From: Tubulanus polymorphus
Taxonomy: Eukaryota; Animalia; Nemertea
Assembly (NCBI RefSeq): GCF_964204645.1
Contig: NC_134027.1
Span: 4,124,485-4,188,484, forward strand
Length of the DNA: 64,000 nucleotides
Reading direction: 5' to 3'
In this document: one piece after another, positions 15,621 through 29,500 of the stretch
Layout of the letters: every line of letters begins with the position of its first letter
How positions within the stretch are numbered: the first letter of the stretch is position 1
Made by a program: the position numbers and the translations under genes
Notes under the pieces: generated by a model
What the model was told of the DNA's origin: nothing
Seen by the model: only the letters and a program-made list of their open reading frames with translations
Database searches by the model: none

Positions 15621-15706
15621 ATGCCTCCGTCAGTAGACTTTGATGAAGATGATCTGGAATCGTCTTTTCATAGGAAACCGAGTTTAAGGCGAGCGAGAGC
15701 TTTCAG
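15621..15706 (+). CDS. Candidate alternative first coding exon of IQSEC: MPPSVDFDEDDLESSFHRKPSLRRARAF(S)
   Basis: ATG at 15621, 28 codons + 2 nt, donor CAG|GTAAAT; phase 2 matches 19139. Confidence 0.65.
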
Positions 15707-17774
15707 GTAAATTTATCAATTCAGTAGAGATATATGTTATGTGAGAAGTTGCTAACATTTTCATTTAATAACTTTTTAGGCGTATAGTATATCAGGTGAT
15801 ATATGTTCATCTTTATCATGTCAGGTATCATCTGCTTCGATAGTTTTAAACTGCCTTTGTTCGTGTCTGGCTCTGTGCACACTTCTATGTTTATCAATGG
15901 TGGGGGTTGATGTTCTTTTTGTGGCAAGTATTATGTTATGCTAGACATGTGTTATCAAAGCAGGACTACGTTCTGATAGCATCAACATGGCAGTCACATG
16001 ACTGACAGGTGAAACAAATCATTTAGTGAACACAAAGAGTCATCTCCTTCACCAAAAATTCAGATCAGGGCTGTACATTTTGATGTGCAAATATGAGTTA
16101 AAATGTAGATAGAAGCCCTTTGGTAAATTGGTAGATTCAGAGAACCCCCTGTAGCTAATCCTATTGCGCTCGACGGTTTCTGAAAGCCACAAGTAATATT
16201 TTTTTCTGGAATTGTTTGGATTAGAAATAGCCCTACAAAGATAAATCCATTATTTTGTCTGGGAGTTGTGGTTTCGAAAACTAACTCACATCACAACAAA
16301 ATGCTCTTTGAAAGGTTCAGTTGGGAAAAGTGGCGGATTATATTTCATCGCATAGTAGCCTTTTGTTAGTTAAAAACCACCAGAGAATTATTTCTAAGAA
16401 ATGTTAGTATCATGTATAAGAAATATATCCTGATTCATACTATAAGAATATTACTTTACTCAGTCATGCTGTAGATGAACTATTCATTATTTTGAGACTG
16501 AGCGTTTGGTGTCAGGTCATCATTCGAACAGATAAAATTACTGTTAAATGATTATGAGTTTATATACGCGCGTAATGATTAGCCTTTAGTAACTCAACAG
16601 CAGATAGCACAGCATCAGTATCGAGGCAAACAGCTGAGGAATAAGCATGGTTGGAATAGTCAGGTAAAACCATTAACACTTACTTCTGATTTAATATAGG
16701 TTCGTGATACTAAGTACTACCAGAAATTGTTTTCCTAATGTGTCACTTGAATTGGATAATTGTGTTAGGACTTTTCACTATTGTTGAGTGTTGAAGCTAT
16801 TGTCTAATTAGTGGCATATAGGCCCCTATGTGGAATATAAAAGATAGTGAATGCGTAGGTTGGTGGTATCCGAAATTAGCCCTAATCCAGGAAGATTTTA
16901 TTTTGATGTCATACGGAATACCCCATCATTTAATTATCCCCGCTTTAGTCATAGCTGAACAATGTCATTTGACAAACAGACTGATCGGGAGAGTGGTAGC
17001 TAAGGCCAAACATGTGAGTAAAATAGAGATATGTAGAGATAACTTGATGTATATATGCCAATATTTACCCTTGTTTCATAATTGAACTTCATAACTAACA
17101 TAGAATATGTAATGATTTATAGTTCTTAATTAGATCAGGATTAATCCAACTTTTAATAATGCCAGGTGTTTAAGAGCAGATCAGTGAAGCGTTCTAGAGT
17201 TTTTGTTCTAATGAAGAAATGGATATTTCAGTATATAAACAAATTCATGGCTCGATGGCCATTGCCTAAACAGGACTTTGCTGCAAACAAATGACGACCT
17301 GTATGTTTTCATACTGGTTCTCCATATAGACAAGATATTATTATGAAGGGCATAGTGTCAGGTTGTATATTTTGGGGTAAAGGAATTATCAAATAAAAGC
17401 ATCAACTGGTTAAAAAGGAAATTAAGTGAGTACTCTTGATGCAGATATTCTTAACGAATAATCATAATGAAAAGTTTGTAGTTATATATATGTTGAATGA
17501 TTTTACAAATCAAGAATCGTAGATCAATAGTTTATAACTGAAGATATCAAGTTTCTCATAAAAACATATAATTATTGATAGTTATGGTTCAAATCCAATT
17601 TATGCACAATTGCTTAGGTATTTTTGGACCATGAATTTATCAATTAAGCAGTCATAGACATCTGTGACATCGAAGCTTCCATATAAATTAGTAAACAGAT
17701 ATAGTCATATACATACACTGCACCTGCCCCTACAGTACAGTGAATATAGTAGGAATTCGCTATGCCGTTTCAAA

Positions 17775-17869
17775 ATGTCTGATATTTTACGTAAACACTG
17801 CCTTCTGCGTTTTTCGTTGAGAAAACAAAAGAAGTCGATTAGTAAAAGTACGTGGTATGTCGAGACAAG
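17775..17869 (+). CDS. Candidate alternative first coding exon of IQSEC: MSDILRKHCLLRFSLRKQKKSISKSTWYVET(S)
   Basis: AAAATG context, 31 codons + 2 nt, donor AAG|GTAAGA; phase 2 matches 19139. Confidence 0.6.
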
Positions 17870-18838
17870 GTAAGAACTACCACATTCAATTTGAAGGGAT
17901 TTAGTTATATTTTCTGGCTGTATCTCTGTTATAGCAGCAATATGTCTTCAAAACGTTGAACTCGTTGGTGTTCCGGTGACGCATGCGTCAATACATGGAT
18001 GAATAGTTGATATCTGATCAATTATCAGTTTCTTATCATTGACGTCATTCTGTCCGTAGTTGGCTTCTGTACCTGTTGCGCTTATTGTCCAAATCTCTGG
18101 ATAATCATTTGATGAGGATTTATTCGATTTGATTGATTATATGTATAAGATAATAGTTTCACCATCCATACATCTATCACTGATTCTCTCTATATCAGCT
18201 AGAGATACATGGGTTGATTATCAACGCATGAACATTTTCCAACGTTATTGAACATCAAACATGTGTTGTATGAAAGCTTTATCTCATCTCTGAAATCAAC
18301 ATGTATGGAAAATCACATTTCAAACCATTCAGGATAATCATTGCAGGGCAGTAAAATAGTCTCTCGTTGCTTTCTCCAGATTTAGGCTGATGATATTTTT
18401 ACGTTTGAAGATATTCTCTCTTGATTAATTTGTTTGCTCTAAGGATCGAATGGTTTGAGGCACTTCACAGGGATACCAAAATAGAATGTCATTAGATGAC
18501 AACATGGGTCTCACTAGGATTTTTTAAAGGGGGTCTAATACAAGCAGAGATATATGCTGTACTTCACGCCGTATCTGCCGAACGCTGAGAGTAAACGAGC
18601 ATTTCCGAATCCTTGAAATTGCTTAAATGTTCTTAAATAGTCTTAATTTTTGGTATTTGATGCTTGAGAGGGGCGTTTTCTGGACTTTGAAGGCAAAACG
18701 CTTATGCAATTTCCGGAATGTGGAACTTTGATTTAGAAATGGGGTAGTGTGCACCCCACACCCCTCTGGTGAAGCTCATGGACAAGGCCACCTCTACTGT
18801 TATCTGAAGTTTATATTGTACCTCCTTATTATGTTTTC

Positions 18839-18988
<150 letters not shown>

Positions 18989-19138
18989 ACTTTATATTCT
19001 CTAGTTTGCTGTCCTGTACTTTATTACAGTGAACCATGCAATGATATGCTTTGTAATTATATGAAGGTGTAATAAAGTTATTTTGAATTTGAATTGGTTC
19101 ATAGATTTGTAATTGTAAGTATGTTTTTCTCGTTGCAG

Positions 19139-22100
19139 TGAGTTGTCCAGTCTCACGGCACAGAAAGGTATTGAGCGATCGACTTCGCTGTCCAGTTATC
19201 CGTGCGACGGAAGTACGCCGAAACTATCGGCGATCGGCCACCAGCACAGCATCTCGCACCATGGATTCGTTCTACAACGTCAGCGATCACAACTCCGGAT
19301 AGAAGACGACGCGAAGCTGCGTCAGTCTCGTTCGTCGATTAATTCTTATGAATTATCCGTCGATTTACACGATAAACAGATTGAAATGCTCGAGCGTAAA
19401 TATGGTGGTCGACTGAGAACGAAACGCGCCGCCGTCACGATACAACAAGCATTTAGGAAATATAGCATGAACAAAAACTTCGAGAAACTGCGCAGCGGTA
19501 AATCTGAAAAACGTCGATCTCGAATATTAGGGGAATACGGTCGAAGCGCTTCCCTCTGGTCCGAATTAGAGAACCTGTCTAGCATGGACATCAGCGCGAT
19601 GGGTAAATCAGAGGATACGTGTCGCGCGCCGAAACTAGAAAGAATGCATACGACCGATGCTAATTTTAATTGCGGTTTAGATAACGATACACCGCCGTCA
19701 TCTGAACAATCATTCCAAAAGCAATATCACCACCAACAGGGCGTTCACCGTAATCAAAAGTTACAGCGATCTACCGGTATCGATATCAAGGATAATCGTA
19801 GAAATGTCACCACTTCCCATCACCTGTCTCCATCGGAGGCAAATAACAATCGTAATACCTCCGAGTATAATGACAGTAGTTCGAGTAATACCCCTCAAGA
19901 TTCGCCTATAAATCCCAGCGTCGATTTGCATAGCGTCAATTTTGAGAACTTGTTAGAAAGCCGCGAAACGGATATTCTAAACGACAGTTTCCACAGCGAT
20001 GAAAGTCAAGACAACAATCATCAATCCGATACGTTAAAACGGACTAAATCCGACGACGAGGACGAGGGCACCTTGAAACGTAGCAGTCAGTTAGCGTCGT
20101 TCCATATAAGCGGTTCGGAGGATAGCATCTTGAGCGATATTCAAATACACGTAGACGCCGGCACACCTGTGGACGATTTCACCCCCCTGTCAGGTGCTTT
20201 AAACAAATATCAGGAGAACTTAGACGTTCGACTGCATAATCGTAAGTGTCAGTCCGACACAGCTTTAATGCAACAGGTGAAATCCTCTCCGGAGGCATCG
20301 CCGATTTGGAAACGTAAAAGTGGTGGCTCGACGTCGTCTTCAAATAGTAATTATAGCATTAAATCTGAGGGCGGAAAACGAATGAGTAACATATCAGAAA
20401 CTAGTGAACCGGACAGCGTCGATGGACAATATGAATACTGTAGTTCTCGTAGTTCAGATACAGCATCTTTAGGTAGTAATAGTCTCGGTAGCGATACCAG
20501 TCATGGGTACAGACAATGTAGCCTGCCTAACATGGCAGTACGGGGTAGTACAGACTCATCGCAGTTGTTCCAGGGACAATCGGGAAGTACATTTCACGCG
20601 CATCCTCGGGTTAGTGATAAACAGAGAAAACGGGAATATCGCATCGGATTAAACCTTTTTAACAAGTAAGTACCTTTCGATCTTAGCTCAACCTACTTCT
20701 CTATTACGTCTTTGATCTTAAGTTCCTGAATTTTAATTGAATTAACCTTATTACGTAAGATATTTTGATGTATTGAAGTTTTTAAGTGCATTAACTTGTC
20801 AATTCCTATCTTTTCCATCAGTCAATATTGTCTCCTATAAAGAAAGATTTTGATGTCATCGATGTATGTAAGACCATTGTTCGGTATTTGCCTTATACTC
20901 ATGTCTTGTCTAACACTGAAGACAACTCGAGATATTCTCATCCATCATTTCACATTGAGAAGTCATTTAGTTTGGGATAATATTTATATTTACTCTCAAA
21001 CTAGAGTATAGGTTGCTTGTTGAAATCTGGATGCACTTAAATGCGTTAAGTAAAGAAGTATGTCTTTGTTGGTTCAGGTTGTAAAGTTCACCTGATCTGA
21101 TTGACTACACCTGACATCCTGACCCCGATGAAAAAATTCCATGTCTTTGTGTGCGTGCGCAAAGTCTTCTATTCCCCCATAATCAAAGATAATCACTCGT
21201 TTTCAAAGCATTTCTTTATCCTTGACAGTATAGCAAGGCTTTGAATAGAATTAAATCACAGCTTTTGATGTTGTACTTTTCTACATTTCAGGAAACCTGA
21301 TAAAGGTATTTTATACTTGATTCACCGGTGTTTTATCGAAGATGTGCCTGCGGCTGTAGCTAAGTTTCTTATCGCACGCAAGGGCCTCAGTAAACAAATG
21401 ATTGGTGAATATCTGGGAAACTTACAGAATCAATTTAACATGGAAGTTTTAGAGTAAGTATATGATATCACGGTACCTATATAGACTGAAGATGTTTATG
21501 GGCAGGTGTTCTCATAAATTGTGCACTCATTATACAATTCTTCCAGTTGAATGAATTGCCTAATTTTATGGGTTTTGCCGTTTAACTTCCTATATAGTCA
21601 GTTCTCAGCATGGGACCGATTAATAGTTAAGGCCTCTGGGATATGTTGAGCCAAATGGTACTAGAGATTACCTATTGATTTCTGGATGAAAGATGCTTTA
21701 GCCCATCAAGAGTAATCTTACAAAATAATACCCAAAAAGCCTGGAAGGAATAAAATCTGATGGCAGATGAGATTATGTCAACAATTGTGGGTTTGTTAAT
21801 GGTTCGATGTAGCTATACAACAGTCCTAAGGATTAGGCTAAATGTTCACTTTTATTGATGATAAAAGCCAATTGGTAGCAGTTAAAGGATTGAAAGCCTT
21901 CAAACGGAAAAGCCCTGAAAAGAACGTTTTAACTGGAAGCTTAACAAGTGTATGGCCTAAGTCCAAACGGTTTTGTCCACATTTTATGTTCTAACTATAT
22001 TCTTAACATAGCAGCAATATCAATATCAATCTTATTGACAATGGATTATTGCATGATATATCCCTCTCAGTACTGATCCCTGCACCAGGTTTATGGGTGT

Positions 22101-25100
22101 GTTTAACAAGATGAAATTAATGCATTATCACAAAGCAAACTGCTATCTTATTTGAACACCGCTATTAAAACATGGTCACCGGTATCCTTCACAGTTACCT
22201 CATAAACCAAAGATGTCTTATAAGAGTAGTTTATTCTGCTTTGTTTCCTCTTGTTAAGTTCTCCTGTATTTAAACCACCAGTATATGCCTCGGCTACTCA
22301 TCATCACCTACAACTTCCAATTTTCTTTTTTAGCTATTTTATAGATGAAATAGATTTGTCAGGTTTACAAATCGATGTGGCACTTCGAAAATTCCAAACG
22401 TTCTTCAGAATGCCGGTAGGTTTTAATACATAAACGTAATACGCATTGCACCACTCATTCCTGTATACCTAACATTGTATATCATTTTTTTCAGGGTGAA
22501 GCGCAGAAAATAGAACGCCTTATGGAGGCTTTTGCCCACCGTTACTGTATATGCAACCCTGATATAGTGAAGAAATTCAAGAATTGTGACACAGTATTCC
22601 TACTTGCATTTGCTATTATTATGCTGAACACGGATCTTCATAACTGTAATATCAAACAAGAGCGACGCATGAAAGGTGATGATTTCATCAAAAATCTCAG
22701 AGGTATGCAAGTCAGAGTCAAGCCTACTTAAGTTGGATATATAAGCCGAATCTGCATAAGTCATATTAAACGTTTTGCACCATTTCCTTTATCATACATG
22801 CAATGTTGAATTCGTTCCGGTTTTCGGATTTTCATTTAAGTCGGACAAAAAGATGCGTATTATACAGGCTATAATGTGCCAACGATAAGATGTTCCTGAA
22901 GATGTTTTGCGTAAGACTCATATCGAATGTTATATGACTGTATTATTGTAGGTATTGATGATGGTGAAGATGTAGACAGGGATCTTCTGATGGGTGTTTA
23001 TGACCGCGTGCGAGTACATGAATTCAAACCGGGCTCCGATCACGCGACTCAAGTAATGAAAGTTGAACAATCTGTAGTTGGGAAACGACCGGTATGTTCA
23101 TTACACATTCATTCCAAATCTTCATTAAACATTTATTCAACTCGATCTATACTCAATGACGGTCTCTGATTGTTCTTGCAGCAATTGGCTCTACCTCATC
23201 GACGTTTGGTTTGTTACTGTCGATTGTACGAAGTTCACGACCCGAACAAACGTGAAAAACTCGGTCTTCATCAACGAGAGGTCTTCCTGTTTAATGACCT
23301 GCTGCTGGTAAGAATTCTAATTGATGACAGCAAATGTTTTAACTTTGAAACCGAGGGTTATCGGTACTTATCGATAAATGTATGCGTATCATTTCAGGTA
23401 ACTAAGATATTCTCTAAGAAAAAGACAGGAATCACGTACAGCTTCCGACAGTCATTCATGTTGTGTGGAATGCAAGTTTACCTGTATGAAACTCCTCGTA
23501 AGTTTCAGATCGCATTAAATAATTCATCGACGAGTCTCTGATATATCAGTTCTTGGCGTGTCAACAATTATTGATTATGATTTCAGATTATCAGTACGGA
23601 ATACGACTCACAAATAATCTGGATGGAAAAGTGCTCATTACATTTAACGCGCGGAATGAACATGATCGATCCAAGTTTGTGGAGGATCTGAAAGAATGCA
23701 TCATGGAGGTATATAGATATACATTTTCAAAAAGTCACTTCTCCAAGAACGTCAGCTCACGCATCAAGTTTAACTTTTGCTTCTAGAACTTTATTTTTCT
23801 TGGATTCATCATGAATTTCTGCGATTATTTCAGATGAATGAGATGGAAGCTCTGCGTATTGAGGAAGAGTTACACAAACAGAAACATTCGCAGAAGAATT
23901 TCGATATGAATCGAATCAGTAGCGATTCAGGGGTAGTTGATATGGACTTATTACGCACAGGAGACTCTGTGTATAACAGACTGTCAGCACCTGACTGTGG
24001 TGGCTTGAAGAAATCAGCACTTTCTAACTCACTCATAGATCTCTCAGAAAGTAAGTTTAATCACTCAATGTTCAGCAGACATTTTCTATACTGTGATATT
24101 TCTAAATCAAGCTAATCATTTTTTTATCGCTTTTAGATGGTAGACAGCAGCGTCGAGGGAGTGGTGGCTCACTAGACAGTGGCATGGTAGGTTATATCTT
24201 CACATTGTCTTCTTAATCTTTGATCTATTTGTGAGTGATAGTGCTTTTATTGCTATCAAGTTGTTTTTGTCGTCTCTCTTATCATCGGTTGTGCATTACC
24301 GCTTTGAAAAACACCTTAATAAATCAGGTTTTACATAATAAGTCTCTAAGAGAGCTGCTTTGTATAGCCCATTGAATATCATATCTCAACAACGTGATGA
24401 CATATACGCTACCATTCTGTCAAGTTATGACTTAAAAAGTCCTCACCTACAATGAAATAATAGTTGCATTTCTCTATTTCTTCTCTCAGCCTATTCTATT
24501 TCCAATTTTGTCCGCTAATCTCTTGGTAAGATTCCGTAGCTGTTCCATCATTCCTACCTTCATCGCCTACTGCTCTCATTTCAATGTTGTTCGATTTGAT
24601 GGACTGATTTCAGAGTTATTGGGATTTTTCATTAAACTTCAGTTTTAGGAACATTATTAGAACAAATAGCACTCCGTTTGTATTGATTGCTGTGGTTACC
24701 ATTTTCATACACACATTCGTTATTGAAACTGTTTTCAAGCTTTAGATGTTCAATCCTCAACCTGCTTTTCTTGTCTAATCTGGAGAAATCATTGTTTGAA
24801 TGATTGGTTAATTTTGAAAATCATCATTAGGTTGTTAGATTGAATGTAATTAAATACACTATCTTTGTTCCTCTTTTATTTGAGAAAATATTTCTGTTTA
24901 TTTGTAGTTTTTGATGCAGACATCGACGACATCGGTGAGCACAGTCGGCCAGGATGAACCTCCCAGAATATCGAAGTCCAGTTCGACGACTTCGACGAGC
25001 TCTTCTGGTTCCGGATTCAAATTCTTCAACAAGAAAACCAGCGTCACCACTAAAAATAAGCCAACCGGAGGAGTGCATATGCACCTGGCGCAAGATGGCA

Positions 25101-25111
25101 CAGAAGTTTAG
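19139..25111 (+). CDS. IQSEC: IQ motif and Sec7 domain Arf-GEF (IQSEC/BRAG/schizo family), common coding exons; approx. 19139-20665, 21292-21453, 22334-22415, 22495-22702, 22952-23091, 23182-23306, 23398-23497, 23587-23708, 23834-24050, 24137-24186, 24908-25111
   Basis: Family motif [23 protein letters not shown] motif [12 protein letters not shown], Sec7 domain ([12 protein letters not shown]; [13 protein letters not shown] with the catalytic Glu finger; [12 protein letters not shown]), PH domain ([13 protein letters not shown]; [12 protein letters not shown]). GT-AG boundaries join in frame. Ends ...DGTEV*. The large exon begins after an acceptor in phase 2, so the start codon lies in an upstream exon. 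Confidence 0.95.
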
Positions 25112-26531
25112 AATTGTTACATATGGATTGTAATCACGTATTTATTAATCAGTCGGTGCTCATTAACGATGATAGAATCAATATTCAGAATCTTACGTAA
25201 TCGTTGTTTTCGTCGGAGATACTCTACTCCAGTAGTTGATTTTCGCTCTCATCTTTCGCTAACAAAAGTTATCTTTTGTGTGTAGTAGACAGTGTGGCAA
25301 TTACATCTGTGTCTGCTTTTCATATTGTGCTAATGAGAGACTTAATGATATGTATATGTAAAATGTCCGAATGTTGATTTTATGATTGCATTGGATGTCA
25401 ACCCAGAATTATTCAAAAACATATTATTGTGTAGCATTAACCGTGCGCATTAGACCAGAGATGTGGATATATCTATAATGAATGAAGTATGACCTCAGCT
25501 GTTGGTGTAGGTCTAACGTAACCATTATATAATACAAAACTGATAATACAACAATGCTATTTCAAAATTTGACCATAATGTTCAAATCCAATCGATTATT
25601 TTACTGGTGTTTTAGTATAAGAATAAATTACCTTCTGGATTACATTGAATATTTAAGTTATGTCTATGATGATAACTTAAATAAATGTATATGAATGAAA
25701 TTCTGTGCTGGACAGATAAGTTTATGCAAGTACTTGAATATACGTTAAATGTATATGAAGTATGCTGGGCATTCTAGTCACTTTATCATGAAATTCAGGT
25801 GTGTCTAGACGTGGTTCTGCATCCATCTTTAAATGGTTGAAATTCTTTTTGCTTTCGCATTCATTTCAATGACTGGTCAAATGCAAGAACTAAAAGTTAG
25901 AAAGTTGGATGTGGGCTGATTGTACAGAATGTATATAGATATATTTATTTTCACAAATATTTATGAAATAGAAATGAATATAATGATAATAACTTTGAAA
26001 ATGAATTAAGATATTAAAATGAATGTTGTCCTGATTTTTACAAGTGTTTTGCATGATACTTTGAGTTGGGCCTGAATTTGATAGTAGGCTTATGAAATGT
26101 TTTGATAAATGTTTATCATTGTTGTCAGTTCAAATGTTGATTTTATGTCCGTTCGTCAGATATTTCTTTCTCTATGTTTCGTGCACTTTATAATGAAAAT
26201 TTTAATCTGAATTTCATAGTCGCTGTATTTTGTATCATTAGCTGCTCGAGTATCATCCTTCACATTGTCGTGGACCAACACACTTCGGTTAATTATAGTA
26301 AAAGAAGTCTGTATCTAGGTTATATACTGTTCAAAGAACTTGGCTTTAAAGTCAAATGCAGTACAAATGTCTCGCATGACTTGTATATATCTTCAGACGC
26401 GATGTACAATTATTGTAAGATCTTAGATCATAATGTTATGTGTACATCAATTGATATTTATACAGAAGGGTGCAATAAGTATAAAATGCCCATTTTGAAG
26501 ACCATTCATAATCTATATATGTATAATCTGT

Positions 26532-29500
26532 ACCAATTTGTATTTCATTGTTTAAACCTATGTTGTGGAATGGCATCTCTATTGATAACGCGTAAACATG
26601 AATTCCATGTAAATAAAGAATGTAACGATATCAATTATATTATGAATATTAATATTATTATAGAAAGAATGTAACTTATTTTGCCATTGGATGAACAGAC
26701 TTTAATATTACATGTACTCTAGTGCCATCTGATTCGCATAATAGATCATTGACACATTCTAATACATATTCAGATATTTCATATAGTATTATATCATCAC
26801 AGAATTTCCTATGCGTGCCATGCATCACAGTTTCAGAAAATACAAGCAAATAAAAGTTCAGATATGTGAAGATGTGTATTAGAATTGGTTAATGTTGGTA
26901 ACCATTTTAGGCTGATGGATAAGACACACCCATGGCAGGCCCCATGGGCTTATGGATGTTTATGTTTTGTTGGCCTTGTAGTGTTGATGTATTAATGGCA
27001 TTTTGTGGCTTAGTGTATCATAGAAAGTAAAATAAAAATCTCAATAATAAGCAAAGTGGTTTAGTGTTTATTTTAATTTTTAGATTGATTATGTGCGACT
27101 GGTTTATTTTCATCATGGAGGAATTTTTCAATTTACTGATTGAGTGTCAAAAGTTTACACTTCTGATATCAAACAAAGTATTTACTACGAGCCTGTGAGT
27201 CCGACCTGAAATTCTGAGTCTCGATTGCAACTCAATTCGATGTAACTTATAAAACAGCGTTTGGAGTCCGACACCAGATTTACGTTACTTTCGCCATCTA
27301 TTAGAATTTTACTGAACTATCAAATTTCTGGAAATCTACTAAGATGACCAGCCAACCAATCATATTTCACAAGTGCCATCTATCGGAACTTGAGTAGAGA
27401 TAATAAGATAAAACTATCTACAGATTAAAAGAATTTAAAAACAAGAATTTATTTATTCAATCAAAAATATAGATCTCTAGGGTGAGATCGAAACGTCGTG
27501 TATTCTATATATTTTAGATTGAATATATATGATAGATAAATGAAGAAATCCTGCACTTCGAATTTAATTCTAAACAGTTCAGAGTAAATACAAATTATGT
27601 AACGAAGTGAAGTGGACTGAAGAGGATGGAGATAGCAGAGTGACACATCGTGGCATTAACCGAAATCTAATAAACAGTTGATGTGACTAGATAATAATTG
27701 GTAATGTGGAGAAAAACCAGTATTTAAATTAGTAGATTAAATGGATTTTAAAATTTTACATATTAGGGCTTATTCTACTGTGTGTCTCTTATGAATGTCT
27801 TTACAAGGATAAATAAGTTCTGAAAGTCAAATTGATGATTGGTTGTAAAAACATGATTTGCTATCCCACTCACAGGCTTTTGGTTGCGGATATCTATTCT
27901 GTGTTCTTTGATACGCTGATTAAGATTACGTCCCGTTTCACCAATTTGTATTTCATTGTTCAAACCTATGTTGTGGTATGGCATCTCTACTGATAACGTG
28001 TAAACATGAATTCCATGTAAATAAAGAATGTAACGATATCAATTATATTATGAATATCAATATTATTATAGAAAGAATGTAACTTATTTTGCCATTGGAT
28101 GAACAGACTTTAAAAACATATTACATGTACTCTAGTGCCATCTGATTTGCATAATAGATCATTGACACATTCTAATACGTATTCAGATATTTCATCGCAG
28201 AATTTCCTATGCGTGCCATGCATCACGGTTTCAGAATATACAAGCAAATAAAAGTTCAGATATGTGAAGATGTGTGTTAGAATTGGTTAATGTTGGTGTC
28301 TGATTGTAACCATTTTAGGCTGATGGATAAGACACACCCATGGCAGGCCCCATGGGCTTATGGATGTTTATGTTTTGTTGACCTTGTAGTGTTGATGTAT
28401 TAATGGCATTTTGTGGCTTAGTGTATCATAGAAAGTAAGATAAAAATCTCAATAATAAGCAAAGATGTTTTGTGTTCATTTTAATTTTTAGATTGATTGA
28501 TTATGTGCGACTGGTTTATTTTCATCAATCTTATGGAGGAATTTTTCAATTTACTGATTGAGTGTCAAAAGTTTACACTTCTGATATCAAACAAAGTATT
28601 TACTACGAGCCTGCGAGTCTGACCTGAAATTCTGAGTCTCGATTGTAACTCAATTCGATGTAACTTAAAAAACGTTTGGAGTAACGTAAAAAGCGTTTGG
28701 AGTCTGACACCAGATTTACGTTACTTTCGCCATCTATTAGAATTTTACTGAACTATCAAATTTTTGGAAATCTACTAAGATCATATTTCACAAGTGCCAT
28801 CTATCAGAACTTGAGTAGAGATAATAAGATAAAACCCACTAACTACAGATTAAAAGAATAAAAAAACAAGAATTTATATTTTCAATCAAATATATAGATC
28901 TCTAGGGTGAGATCGAAACGTCGTGTATTCTATATATTTTAGATTGAATAGATATGATAGATAAATGAAGAAATCCTGCACTTCGAATTTAATTCTAAAC
29001 AGTTCAGAGTAAATACAAATTATGTAACGAAGTGAAGTGGACTGAAGAGGATGGAGATAGCAGAGTGACACATCGTGGCATTAACCGAAATCTAATAAAC
29101 AGTTGATGTGACTAGATAATAATTGGTTATGTGGAGAAAAACCAGTATTTAAATTAGTAGCAAAAATGGATTTTAAAATTTTACATATTAGGGCTTATTA
29201 TGCGTCTCTTATGAATGTCTTTACAAGGATAAATAAGTTTCGAATTTCTGAAAGTCAAATTGATGATTGGTTGTAAAAACATGATTTGCTATCCCACTCA
29301 CAGGCTTTTGGTTGCGGATATCTATTCTGTGTTCTTTGATACGCTGATTAAGATTACGTCCCGTTTCACCAATTTGTATTTCATTGTTCAAACATGTTGT
29401 GGTATGGCATCTCTACTGATAACGTGTAAACATGAATTCCATGTAAATAAAGAATGTAACGATATCAATTATATTATGAATATTAATATTATTATAGAAA

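Noticed and set aside
26174-26674. 166-aa ORF downstream of IQSEC
   Set aside because: No recognisable motif, AT-rich, lies in the probable 3' UTR and runs into the tandem repeat.
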